NCBI GenBank assembly: GCA_038087875.1
Contig: CM075991.1
Span: 9,550,001 to 9,614,000 of the forward strand
Length of the DNA stretch: 64,000 bases
DNA from: Malacoraja senta
Lineage: Eukaryota
Direction of reading: 5' to 3'
Positions 51,565-64,000 of the stretch are shown in pieces. The translations under genes and the position numbers were made by a program. The stretch's first letter is position 1. Each line of letters begins with the position of its first letter. The notes beneath the pieces were generated by a model. That model was not told the origin of the DNA. It searched no databases and worked only from the letters and a program-made list of their open reading frames with translations.

Positions 51565-52911
51565 AAAAATCTTTATTTTATTCACTCTAGTTCATATTTT
51601 TTTTACAATATGACCAGAAGTTATTTTTAGTTACAAGATTATCCTGAATCTGAATCATGCAGCATCTCTGGAGGATATGGGTACGTGACATTTCAAGTCA
51701 GGACCCTTCTTCACACGTCAACTAGCCATGTCCTCCAGAGGTACAGCCTGACCCACTGAGCAACCATTTTGTGTTTTATTTTATAAGCCAGTGTCCTCAT
51801 TTCTCCTCTGTACAACAGCCCCAATAATTGCATATTAAGCCCACTGAGATATCTGCACTCGTCCCATTCCTTCAGATGTTGCATAAGATTTAGTCTGGGT
51901 TTTTTTGCATCCAATTTTGAGCATCCAATTTGTCATGATGTGTGGCACTAGAATGTATCTTTTATTCTTTGGAAAAACTATTGCAAAATTTTCCGTGGGC
52001 AATTAAGAAGTTGGTTAGCTAGCTCCAAGACTTCCAGGTTCTACGAAGAATGGCTTCAAGCTGCTATCTGCGACCCACTCCAGACATACCTGAAATGAAT
52101 ATGTGTAGGAAGGAACTGCAGATGCTGGTTTAAACCAAAGAGAGACACAAAAAGCTGGAGTAACTCAGCAGGACAGGCAGCATCTCTGGAGAGAAGGAAT
52201 GGGTGTCGTCCTGAAGAAGGGTTTCGACCCAATACGTCACCCATTCCTTCTCTCCAGAGATGCTGCCCGTCCCGCTGAGTTACTCCATCTTTTTGTGTCT
52301 ATCTTTACTTGAAATGAAGGTCAGGGAAATACAGTGAAATACTTGGCTGCTTGCTAGTGTTGCAATTAGTTTCAGCCCCTCGGGGAAGAAATAATAAGAT
52401 GTTTTTCTCCTGATTGCTCTTTTTGCTCTTTCTTGGCGAGTGCAAGTTCTAACTAATACGTTCCCCGCTGCCTCAGGGTGTTGCTGTGATGCCCTCCTTG
52501 ATCAAAAGCTCACTGGCACCATATTATATGGGCTTACATGGGATGCTGGCACCAGGCCAGCAGTGTTAAGAGGATATCCAAAGAGGCAGACGTTCATAGC
52601 AAAGATCCTATAGGATCTTTGGTTCATAGTCTACAAAAGAGGAAGGGAGTAAGACCGGTGGGTAAATACATTTCAGGACCAGTATTGATGATTTTAGATG
52701 TTTGCAGTAGATCCAAACACAGAATTCAATCTTAATCTTTTGTCATTATATTGTAAGAAAAATATGATGGATGTAGTCAGAGTGAAGAGAATGTACTATT
52801 TTCTCCCTATTTTCATTCCCCCTTCAGCACACATTCTCATCTCTTCCTTATTCCTTTGACAACTTCATTCCAAGGGTTCACTGATTAATGGAGCCAGGTG
52901 AGAAATGAATG

Positions 52912-53345
52912 GAAGGTACACAAAAATGCTGGAGAAACTCAGCGGGTGCAGCAGCATCTATGGAGCGAAGGAAATAGGTAACGTTTCGGGCCGAAACCCT
53001 TCTTCAGACTGATAGGGGGTGGGGAGAAGAAAGGAAAAAAGGAAAAAGGCGGAGGAGGAGCCCGAGGGCTGGGGGAGGGGAGGAGACAACCAGATGGCTG
53101 ATGAAGGGGAGGGGACAGCGAGGGCTGGCAGAATTGGGAGAATTCAATGTTCAAGCCCCCAGGATGTAGACTGCCCAAGCGGAATATGAGGTGCATTTCC
53201 TCCAATTTACGGTGTTGCTCGCTGTGGCCATGGAGGAGACCCAGGACAGAGAGGTCAGATATGGAATGGGAGGGGGAGTTAAAGTGCTGAGCCACCAGGA
53301 GTTCAGGTTGGTTATTGTGGACCGACCGGAGGTGTTCGGCGAAAC
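52912..53345 (-). mobile_element. Penelope-like element 3' fragment: endonuclease-region C-terminus plus terminal repeat with hammerhead motif
   Basis: AQHFNSPSHSISDLSVLGL...RKLEEMHLIFRLGSLHPGGLNIEF resembles the C-terminus of Penelope/Poseidon GIY-YIG ORFs. It is followed in the sense direction by CTGAAGA-AGGGTTTCGGCCC-GAAACGTT (53007-52980). Confidence 0.8.
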
Positions 53346-54345
53346 TGAATGGAGTTGACTGAATGGAGTGAATGAATGGAGTTGACTTTCCACTGCCCTC
53401 GGTGTGGACTCAGTGGACCGAAGGGCCTGATTCCTGCGCTCCAAGAAATAGAGTCCCAGCCTACTCAACCCATAGCTCAGACCCTCCTAGACCGGGCAAA
53501 ATCCTCGTAAATCCTACATACTTAATCAGTTAACAACTAATCATCTTACACAAGGAATGTTGTGCTTGCAGTAATGAGTAGGAGATAGAAGTGTGATCTG
53601 GAAGGAGGTGATGCTCCCCCAACCACGATCTCAAAAAAATTGTGTTAATAGGTTCATAAAATTACATGGAAACACAGGAACTGTTGTTGCTGGATTTTTA
53701 CGTAGAACACAAAATGCTGGAGTAACTCAGTGGTTCAGGCAGCATCTCTGTAGGACATGGATAGGCAACGTTTTGGGTCAGGACCCTTCTTCATACTTGT
53801 ACATTGGGGATAATCCATAACTAATGTTCAAGATTAGTGCTGCCTTTCTGGCTTTTGAATCTTACTTTGAGCCCTGCCTGAATGAGTATATTATTTTGTT
53901 GCCGATTTAAGTGCCAGCCTAGTGTGAAAGTTGCATTAAGAGTTCCGCTCTTTTCCCATATCGGATCCAAATAACGGGCAAACCATCATCGGAGTTGTGG
54001 TTGTCGATTCCAAGGAGTTTGGTTTCTAGTTACACATCGGAGAATTGAGTCATAGAGTCATACAGCGTGGAAACAGGCCCTTCGGCCCAACTTGCCCATG
54101 CCGACCAACATGTCCCATCTACACTAGTCCCACCTGCCTGCATTTGGCCCCATATCCCTCCAAACTTGTCCTATCCATGTACCTGTCTAAATGCTTCTTA
54201 AATGGTTGTTGTTGCAAAACCACTCAACCTCTCCCCTCTATACAACATGACATCTGACTGTTATGCTCAATGCCCCCTCTCACCTTCCGACTGATGGAGG
54301 TAATCTTCTTTACCATTCTATCTACTTGTGCAGTCAAGAGTCTTA

Positions 54346-54663
54346 TGGCCCTGTCCCACTGTACAAGTTCATTCAAGAACTCTCCCGAGTTTAAAAAAAA
54401 ATCAAACTTGTGGTAACACGTAGAATGTACGTAGCGGGTACGTCGGAGCTCGGGGACGTCTCTTAGCGGCTCGTAACTCTAACGGCAGGTACTCGGGAAA
54501 CGCGGTAAGCTCGGGAAGACACGTGAAGATTTTTCAACATGTTGAAAAATGTCCACGAGAGCCCCGAGTACCTACGAGCGGCTATTACCGTAAATCTCCG
54601 AGTTCGAATCAGGGCAAACTCGGGAGAACTCTTTGAATGAACCCGTACAGTGGGACAGGGCTT
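54346..54663. mobile_element. PIF/Harbinger-type MITE (third family)
   Basis: Same TIRs and body; flanked by TTA (left) and TAA (right). Confidence 0.85.
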
Positions 54664-56351
54664 TAAGTGTATTTAATTGTCACAGGTGCTGACAACCAAA
54701 CAACAACATTCTGACTCGCTGTAGTTTAAGGGAAGCACGGTGGCACAGCAGTAGAGTTGCTGCCCTGCAGGGTTAGATGCCCAGGATCGATCCTGACCAC
54801 GGGCGCCGTCTGCACGGAGTTTGCACGCTCTTCCGGTGATCACGTGGGCCCTCTATGGTTGCTCCGGTTTCAAGATCCAGTCTAAACATCCAGACAGCAT
54901 TGAGAGAGTGTTGCACAGTCATGGATGCTATATTAAGGCAGAGATTGATAGATTCTGGATTAGTACAGGCGTCAGGGGTTATGGGGAGAAAGCAGGAGAA
55001 TGGGGTTGAGAGTGGAAGGTAGATCAGCCATGATTGAATGGCGGAGTTGACTTGATGGGCCAAATTGCCTAATTCTGGCTCGCAGAATTTGAAATAAGAT
55101 GTTAAATTGAAGTCTCAACCTGTCCAAAACCTTTGAAGAAGAACAGCAGAATTCTTTCCAGTGACCTGGCCAATATTTATTCCTTTTTCAACATTACTAA
55201 TGCAGGGAATATGGCCATTATCACGTTACTGCTTGTGGTACCTGAACGTGCATAGGTTGCCTGACATATTTCTAACAACAATGATCTGAAACAGATCTGA
55301 ATAAATCATGGGCAATTTTTATTCTTTTATTTGAAGTCTAGCGCAGCGTAAGGTCTGGTGGAAATATCAGTCGGAAATGTAGGAGCTTCGTATAAAGTAG
55401 CATTAGCCACCAGGTCATTAGGCAGCAGAATGTCGAGCTTCAGTAGCAAATCAATGGAAATATTTACCTCAACTCACTCTACAGACTAAATGAAAATATG
55501 TGCCAAAGTGGCTAAAACTGTAAATATTTGAAGTAAAGGAAATAAAGGGAAGTAGGGAAAGACCAGGTTTATGGGATTTATTTTTTGGATTGCTTCTGAG
55601 AAGTCACGGGAAGAACTTACAATCTCCGTATGGACAGCACCTGTAGTCCATACGGAGAACCCGGGTCTCTCGCGCTGTTAGGCAGCAACTCTACCACTGC
55701 ACCACTGTCATGTACAAACCATGAGCGATGTTTGTAAGCTTCATCCACAGGGTCTAGCCCCACAGTGTGGAAGGGCAGGAGAGCTATCGACTGTTGCCTT
55801 CACCCATACCGCCTTTGCAGCTGCTGCTTTAAGCTTCAGCGCGTCCCTCAGCATGGTCCCTTCCCTGCAAATGGGCCAGTCAGCTACATGTTGTTCTGTT
55901 CACCCAGAGAGTTGTGAATGTGTGGAATTCTCTGCCACAGAAGGCAGTGGAAACCAATTCACTAGATGTATTCAAGAGAGAGTAAAGATAGAGCTCTTAG
56001 GGCTAACGGAATCAAGGGATATGGGGGAAAAGCAAGAACAGTGTGCTGATTTTGGATGATCATATTGAACGGTGGCGCTGGCTCAAAGGGCCGAATGGCC
56101 TACTCCTGAAACTACTTTCTGTGTTTCTATGTTCAGCCCCTTGCACCAGAAGTCCAGCAAGTTTCAGTCAGGCCAAAGTGCATATGCATCCCCTGAATGA
56201 TCACATTTAACCCTAGTAGTAGGATGGCTCGATTGTAATCATGTGTACTCTTCCACTGACTGCTTAGCACGCAACACAAAAGCTTTTCACTGTACCCCGG
56301 TAAACATGACAATAATCCAAACTAAACAGTAATCGTACCCCTTTTACTGTG

Positions 56352-56504
56352 TTTAAGAAGGAACTGCAGATGCTGGAAAATCGAAGGTAGACAAAAATGC
56401 TGGAGAAACTCAGCGGGTGCAGCAGCATCTATGGAGCGAAGGAAATAGGCAACGTTTCGGGCCGAAACGTTGCCTATTTCCTTCGCTCCATAGATGCTGC
56501 TGCA
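56352..56504 (-). mobile_element. Fold-back Penelope-derived insertion with TSD
   Basis: Same terminus; hairpin centred at about 56460; 12-bp TSD CCTTTTACTGTG at 56340-56351 and 56505-56516. Confidence 0.8.
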
Positions 56505-58270
56505 CCTTTTACTGTGCATTGGTTACACTGGTAAAGAACTTGCCTGTTTTCGGGAACTTGTGGGATACCTCACCTGGGTTGTGATAGTGTTCACTGTGTT
56601 TCTTTGGTGAATGAACAGAAAGAGGTCACTTGCAAAATTAATATTCCACTGAACATCAAAAAATGTTTACTGAAGACAAGAAAGCAAGAGTCTTATTGGC
56701 AGAAAACGTGCTTAGAATTTGTCTTGTAATGCAACTCGGCTGTGAAGTAAAATATTTATTGATCTGCTTTTGCCTTGTGCTTAACATTCCACTCTGCTGT
56801 TGGTACAATCTTTAATACAAGAAAATGCAAGTAGCTATCCTTCACACCCTTCATTGTTGTTTCCATGTAGAGCTTGCAGCTCAGTGTATCCTAATATCAG
56901 AATCAGAGGCATCCATCTTCCTTTCTTCCCACCTACCTGTATCCACCTTTCACTTGTGCAGGAAGGAACTGCAGATGCTGGTTTACACCGAAGATAGGCT
57001 GGAGTAACTCAGCGGGCCAGGCAGCATCTCTGGATAGAAGGAATAGGTGACGTTTTGGGTCGAGACCCCTCTTCAGCCTGAAGACCTCAGTGTGAAGAAG
57101 GGTCTCGACCTGAAACGTCACCCATTCCTTCTCTCCAGAGATGCTGCCTGTCCCGCTGAGTTACCCCATCCAGGCTTTTGTGTCCATCCACCCATCACTT
57201 GCCAGGCTTTATCTGCCCCCCACCCCGACTACAACCTGAAGAGTCCTAACCTGAAACTTTGTCCGTTCATTCCCTCATCAGATGCTGCCAGACCCACTGA
57301 ATTACTCCAACACTTTGTGTTTTTTTCCTCCTTCATTTGGAACCATAGAACCATATAGCAGGGAAACAAGCCCTTCGGTCCAACTTGTCCATGATGACCA
57401 AGATGCCCCATCTAAGCTAATCCAACCTGCCCGCATGTGATCCGTATTCCTCTAAACCTTTCCTTTCCATATTTATTTACTTGGAATCATAAAGTCATAC
57501 AGTATGGAAAACAGGCCCATCGGCCCACCTTGCCCACACCGACCAACATGTCCCATCTAACAATAAGATTGTTGAGGGCTTGGACACGCTAGAGGCAGGA
57601 AACATGTTCCGGATGTTGGGGGAGTCCAGAACCAGGGGCCACAGTTTAAGAATAAGGAGTAAGCCATTTAGAACAGAGACGAGGAAACACTTTTTCTCAC
57701 AGAGAGTGCTGAGTGATCTTACAGAGATCTGTGGAATTCTCTGCCTCAGAGGGTGGTGGAGGCAGGTTCTCTGGATGCTTTCAAGAGAGAGCTAGATAGG
57801 GCTCTTAAAAATAGCGGAGTCAGGGGATATGGGGAGAAGGCAGGAACGGGGTACTGATTGGGGATGATCAGCCATGATCACATTGAATGGCGGTGCTGGC
57901 TCGAAGGGCCGAATGGCCTACTCCTGCACCTATTGTCTATTGTCCATTGTCTACACCATTCCCACCTGCTTGTGTTTGGCCCATACCCATCTAAACCTAT
58001 CCTTTCCATGTACCTGTCCAAATGTTTTTTTAACGTTGTGTTAGTACCTGCCTCAACCACCCCTCTGACTGCTCGTTCCATATACCTACCACCCTTTGTG
58101 TAAAAAAGTTGCCCCTCAAGTTTCTGTTGTATCTCCCCCCCCCCCCCCCCTCCCCCCTCACCTTAAACCTATGTCATTTGGTTCTTGATTCAACTACTCT
58201 GGGTAAAAGAATGTGCATTTACACTCTCTATTCTTCTCATGATCTTACACGCCTCTGTAAGAACACCCTT

Positions 58271-59128
58271 ATATACAATACAATACAATACAATTTATTT
58301 GTCATTTGGACCCCGTTGAGGTCCAAACGAAATGTCGTTTCTGCAGCCATACATTACAAAACGAAGAAGACCCGAGACACAACACAATTTACACATACAT
58401 CCATCATAGCGCTGTGATGGAAGGCAATAAAAACGTATCTCTCCACTGCACTCCCCCCCCCCCCCCCGATGTCAGAGTCAAAGTCAAAGCCCCCGGCGGG
58501 CGATGGTGATTGTCCCGCGGCCATTAAAGCCACGCCGGGTGATGCAAGGTCGCGCACCGGGTCTTGGTGTTAGAGCCCCGGCGTGCGCTCGCAAAGTCCC
58601 GCGGCCACTCCAAGCCGCGCGGGGCGGCGATGCAAAGCCCCGCTCCAGGTGCTCTTCAACCCCGCAACTCGGGCGGGAGAAGTCGCCGCTGCGGAAGCCC
58701 CGAAAAGCGGTCTCCCACCAGAGACCCGCGGGCTTCCGGTGTTGCCGTCCGCCAGACCCGCGGCTGTAGCCTCCGAATCTCCGGGGGTCGGGTCGCAGCA
58801 GCGATTGTCTCCACCACAGCTCCACCCGCTCCGGACTCGGCCAGCCCCGTGACGGTGAGTAGTCCGCAGCTCCGCAACTGGAGCCCCAGGTCGTTCCTGC
58901 TGGAGGCCGCTCCACGTTGCCCAGCCCCAACGACAACGGAGACCCGACAAAGAAAAGGTCGGATCTCCCGTGCAGGGGAAAGATTTTAAAGTCCCCCCCC
59001 CACCCCCGCCCCCCACACACATACCCCGACAAAAATAATAATAAAAACTACATAGAAACGAGACAAAAATAATAAAAAGACAGACGGACTGCAGAGGCCG
59101 CTGCTGACGAGAGTCGCGCCACCCACCA
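58271..59128 (-). mobile_element. CpG-rich non-coding retroposon inserted in a CR1 fragment
   Basis: ACCCTT direct repeat at 58265-58270 and 59129-59134; 3' hairpin, TGACAAATAAA and (TTGTA)n tail; CR1 sequence continues on both sides. Confidence 0.65.
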
Positions 59129-60067
59129 ACCCTTCATCCTCCTGCGCTCCAAGGAATAAAGTCCTAGCCTGCTCTCTAGAGCGCAGGCCCTCGAGTCCTG
59201 GCAACATCCTCATAAATCTTCTTTGCATCCTTTTCAGCTTAACAACATCCCTACTACAACAGGGTGACCACAACTGAACAAAGTACTCCAAAGTCTGTAG
59301 AGGTCTGAGTACAGTCTGAAGAAGGGTCTCGACCCGAAACATCACCTATTCCTTTTCTCCAGAGATGCTGCCTGACCCGCCGAGTCACTACAGTCTTTTT
59401 GCATCTACCTTCACAATACTCCAAATACAGCCTCACGAATGTCTTGCCCAACTATTTCTCTGTTTCTAACCTGTTGTTATTTCACTGCTTCTCTGGGAAA
59501 GATAGATGTGCCTTCATGCGGCCCATAATGAAGCAGTTCTTTAATGTCTGAACTCTGGCATAGTATTTCATCAACTTGTTTGATCACAGCAAGACAGTAA
59601 AATCTCTGGTGACCTTCCACCATTTGTCCTCACACCACTTTAAACTGCAAGTAGCCTTCTCAAATTAAACCTGGATATTTCCTACCGTTGTACCTCGAGA
59701 GACAGGAACATTGTCCTTCTGACGAAAAGGGGTGGCACAGCGGTAGAGTTGCTAGAGACCCAGGGTCGAGCCTGACCACGGGTGCTGTCTGTCCGGAGTT
59801 TATACGTTCTCCCCGTGACCTGCGTGGGCTTTCTCCGGGTGCACCAGTTTCCTCCCACATTCCAAAGACGTCCTAAGGTTAATTGGCTTAGTAAAATTGT
59901 AAATTGTCCCTAGTGTGTGTGGGACAGTGTTAATGTACGGGGATCGCTTGCCAGCATGGACTCAGTGGGCCGAAGGGCCTGTTTCCATGTTGTATCTCAA
60001 AACTAAACCATCTCTAAACTGAACTAGACTTTATTACAGTATGGATATGAGATCTTCATTAGCCCTT

Positions 60068-60095
60068 CTGAAGAAGGGTTTCGACCCGAAACGTT
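60068..60095 (+). ncRNA. Minimal hammerhead ribozyme-like motif (representative intact copy)
   Basis: CTGAAGA-A-GGGT(TTCG)ACCC-GAAA-CGTT. Similar cores at 59316-59343 (+) and on the minus strand at 2358-2385, 13961-13988, 16505-16532, 30007-30034 and 52980-53007. Helix I looks weak and activity is untested. Confidence 0.6.
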
Positions 60096-60821
60096 GCCTA
60101 TTTCCTTCGCTCCATAGATGCTGCCTCACCCGCTGAGTTTCTCCAGCATTTTTGTCTACCTTCATTAGCCCATCCCTGTTAACCAGGTTGAAACTCAATG
60201 TCATTGAGTTTGTCGAAATGTAGAGCTTTAACATTTAATAAAAACAGCCAATGTTTTAACCGATGAGTTGATTGCCTACACGAGCTGGCTTTCAATCCAC
60301 ACAAAAGACATTCTGCCGTTTTTAGTCCCAACAACAAACCTTGAATCAAAACACAGACAGAGGTAGGTCTGAGTGGATTTTCAAGTCTATTCCTGTCAGC
60401 TATACACTGTAAACATGAATTGTCCGGATTGGTTTGTGATTGGAAATGAACAGTTCAGATAACAATAGTGCCAACAACATTAAATATGAATATATATTAA
60501 AAACAATTTGTCTTCATTTTTTCCACCCTTACATTGAGCATCACTGGCTAGTTTATTGCCTACACATTAATGGCAAGTAAGAATTTCATTGCTCTATCTG
60601 GGACATATGACCCTAAAACACTCTTGACCCTTGACTACAGGTAAGCTACCTTTCCGAACGCCCTTCTGAGGGACTCGTGATCAGATGATCAATGGGCAGC
60701 ATGGACTCGGTGGGCCGAAGGGCCCGTTTTCACGCTGAATCTCTGAGCTTTCCATCTGAGAACACGGTGTGTAGAAAGGCGCCCAGGTGTCATTTGGAGA
60801 GCCAATATCAGAAACAGAACC

Positions 60822-61135
60822 AGGGTGGCACGGTGGCACAGCGGTAAATTTGCTGCCTTACAGCGCTTGCAGCACCGCAGACCCAGGTTCGATCCCAACT
60901 ACAGGTGCTCTCTGTAACGGAGTTTGTACGTTGCCCCTCTGACCGCGTGGGTTTACTGCAGTTTTCTCCCACACGCCAAAGACATGCAGGTAGAGTATGT
61001 AGGTAAATTAGCTTGGTAAATGTAAAAATTGTCCCTAGTGTGTAGGATAATATTAATATGTGGGGGTCGCTGGTCGGCGCGGACCCGGTGGGCCGAAGAG
61101 CTTGTTTGCACCCTGTATCTCTAAACTAAACTAAA
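60822..61135 (+). mobile_element. tRNA-derived V-SINE (HE1-like), near full length (representative)
   Basis: A-box TGGCACAGCGG, B-box GGTTCGATCC, V-domain GGAGTTTGTACGTT...GCGTGGGTTT...CTCCCACA, CR1-like tail ending (CTAAA)n. Many more copies, e.g. 3218-3737, 7290-7557, 12030-12330, 26818-27080, 59730-60010 (+) and 32440-32755, 33340-33620, 45660-45960, 62105-62400 (-). Confidence 0.85.
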
Positions 61136-64000
61136 GATCTGAATAAATCATTGTCAATATCAGTCATAGTGTCATACAGCGTGGAAACAGGCCCTTTGGC
61201 CCCCAACTTGCCCACAACGACCAACATAAGTTCATAAATTAATAAGTGATAGGAGCAGAATTAGGCCATTCGGCCCATCGTCTAACCGCCATTCAATCAT
61301 GTCTGATCTATCTTTCCCTCTTAACCCCATTCTCCTGCCTTCTCCCCATAACCACCGACACACGTATCAATCAAGAAATCTAGCTAGCTCTGCCTTAAAA
61401 ACATGTCCCATCTGCACTAGGCCACCAGCCTGCGAGTGGCCCAAAGTCCTGTGCTGTATGGCTCTAAGTGAAGGGAAGGGAGCGGAGCACAACGTGCTGG
61501 AGTAACGATGTGCAAGTTATGTAAGGATTGTGATTAAATGCATTTCAATTTCCAATAAGCCACAAGACACTCAGGCTGAAGGTCCTGTTCCCATGCTATA
61601 TCTCCAAAGTCTAAAGTAAAATATAAGGACATGGTGGGCTGAAGAACCTATTTCAGCGCTGTGTTACTTTATGACTGAGGCCTCTCAATGTACTTTCGAA
61701 GCCAGCAAATTGCTTTGACTTAGAGGAAATTGTGTTTTATATTACAATGTTTTTGAGAAGAGATTTCATCAGCGACTAAAATGCCACACCATGTGTAAGT
61801 TTAAGATTAGTTTAGTTTAAGTTCAAAGATACAGCACGGAAACAGGCCCTACGTCCACCATGTCCACGCCGACTGCCGACCACACTGGCTATTTGTTACC
61901 CACTCACATCCACTCCCTTGCACACTTGGGGCAATTTACAGAGGGCCAATTAACCTATAAGCCCGAATGCCTTTGGGATGTGGAGACACACGCGGGTCAC
62001 AGGGAGAACGTACAAACTCCACATAGACAGCACCCGAGGTCAGGATCGAACCCGGGTCTCTGGCGCTGTGAGGCAGCGGCTCTACTAGCTGCGTCACTGT
62101 GACTGTTTAGTTTAGAGATACAGCGCGGAAACAGGCCCTTCAGCCCACCGGGTCCGTGGCCGACCAACGATCCCCGCACACTAGCACCATCCTACACACA
62201 CTAGGGACAATTTACAATTTTACCAAGCCAATTAACCTCCAAACCTGTGCATCTTTGGAGTGTGGGAGGAAACCGGAGCTCCTGGAGAAAACCCACTCGG
62301 GTCACGGGGAGAACGTACAAACTCCCTACAGACAGCACCCGTAGTCAGGATCGAACCCGGGTCTCTGGCGCTGTTAGACAGAAACTCTACCGCTGTGCCA
62401 CCGGACCTTCTGCCGTTCTAACCTCCTTTTCTGAAAATAGCTTTCAGACAATTAATACCAGATATCGTTTCAGAAATAATGTCCTCCGGTGCTTCCTTCA
62501 TGGAATCACAAATGAGGAATGTCAGCGCGAGGAAGACATTAGTGGGCAGATGAAGACGTTTCAGAGGCCAACAAGATCCCATGAACTATGTGGTGACATT
62601 TTAGGAATGGATGAGGCCAAGCATGGGATAGATACCAGAGGGAAAGAAAACCTATATTTTTTTAATTAATAGTTTCATTTGGTATTTTCACAGAAATATA
62701 TAAAGAAATAATATCCTTGACCCAGGTCTCCATTTCCTGAAAGATTATTCCTGGAATGTGGTGATGTTTGTTTTACTATTTCTACGGACTTCCATGTTGA
62801 ATTAAAAAAGATTCTCAAGTGAATTCTGGATTGCTAGGTAATATAAGAGCTTGTGTGAAAATGTTACCTAAAGTCTAAATACAGTCATCGGTCGAGGTGA
62901 TTGATGGATTTCATTAACTGAACATATGGAGGGATGTGAATATGTCAGATCTCCACCAAGGTCTCACTCAAGGCACTGAAAAGAATAACAGGTTCCCTTT
63001 GAAATAAAACTATATTTAAAAGTCTCGCAATTATGTCGCACCCCAGTCTCCTCTCCCAGGGTCGATCCACATTGAACAATATTCCATCCCATTCTTATGT
63101 TTCACTTGTCATTGTTTAGTTTAGTTTAGTTTCGAGATACAGCGCGGAAACAGGTACTTCGGCCCACCGAGTCCGCGCTGACCAGTGATCCCCGCACATT
63201 AACATTATCCTACACACACTAGGGGCGATTTTACATTTACACCAAGCCAATTAACCTACATACCTGTACGTCTTTGGAGTGTGGGAGGAAACCGAAGATT
63301 TCGGAGAAAACCACGGGGAGAACGTGATGTTTCGAATGTGCCACTTTGGAGTAACCAGGGTGCCAGCATCAACGTTGCATCTGCAGTTTAGTTTAGAGAT
63401 ATAGAGCGCGGTAACAGGCCTTCGTCTCATCGAATCCACACCAAACCAGCGATCCCCGCACATTCACACTATCCGACACACATTAGGGACAATTATAATT
63501 ACACCAGGCAAATTAACCTACAAACCTGCACATCTTTGGAGTGTGGGAGGAAACCGAAGATCTCGCAGAAAAACTCACGCAGGTCACGGGAGAACGTACA
63601 AACTCCCTACAGACATGCACCCGTAGTCGGGATCGAACCTGGGTCTCTGGCGCTGTAAGGCAGTGGCTCTTTTGTTGATAGATTATTGGACCTGTACCCA
63701 ACTGACTGGGCCATTGACCGAGGGACACAAGTTCAAATCCTGCCATGGCATTGACGAAAGTTAGACTGGGGTAATTGGGCTGGTTCAGGCTGATGGATCC
63801 TCAGTAAATGTAAGTGTGCATTCCAGGCTTCTGCGTTTGGGCACTGCAGAAAAGATTATGGAATAGACTGGGCTTATTTCCACCACCGGACTCACCAGTG
63901 TCTTGGGGAAGCCTTTAATGTTCTTAGCTGAGGGCTGGGTCTGACATCTTGTCTTTACACCAGCCATTACTGGCACACTTAGTGCAGTCCCATTCATCTC

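Noticed and set aside
58484..59032. Overlapping GC-rich ORFs or a CpG-island promoter of a new gene
   Set aside because: Frames are open on both strands because of GC content, and the region lies inside a TSD-bounded insertion within a CR1.
60822..60900. tRNA-like sequences with A and B boxes (many copies)
   Set aside because: They are SINE heads that continue into the V-domain and lack a complete cloverleaf; not tRNA genes.

Overview
Repeat-rich vertebrate genomic DNA, most likely a cartilaginous fish (skate/ray-like, inferred from HE1-type V-SINEs plus CR1 and Penelope repeats). Two protein-coding genes are supported. (1) The 3' half of DPYSL2/CRMP2 on the minus strand: six complete exons at 11407-20254 with GT-AG sites, plus a seventh cut by a 200-N assembly gap at 21784-21983. 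(2) A complete two-coding-exon alpha-1A adrenergic receptor gene (ADRA1A) on the plus strand, 27981-28893 joined to 50086-50558 (461 aa), which has DRN in place of DRY. The rest is mostly nested mobile elements: tRNA-derived V-SINEs, CR1, L2 and Rex/Babar LINE fragments, one young L1-like insertion, PIF/Harbinger-type MITEs and many short fold-back Penelope-like elements. The strongest non-gene signal is that the Penelope-derived elements carry a minimal hammerhead-ribozyme motif (CUGAAGA-stem-GAAA-CGUH). Several young copies show a fixed 3' end, 12-19 bp target-site duplications and variable fold-back arms, and one has its empty site preserved in an inverted paralogous segment 39 kb away. Hammerheads in Penelope-like elements are a known class, so novelty is at the family and mechanism level and is unverified. 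Repeat family names come from recalled motifs, not database searches, and repeat boundaries are approximate unless a TSD is given.
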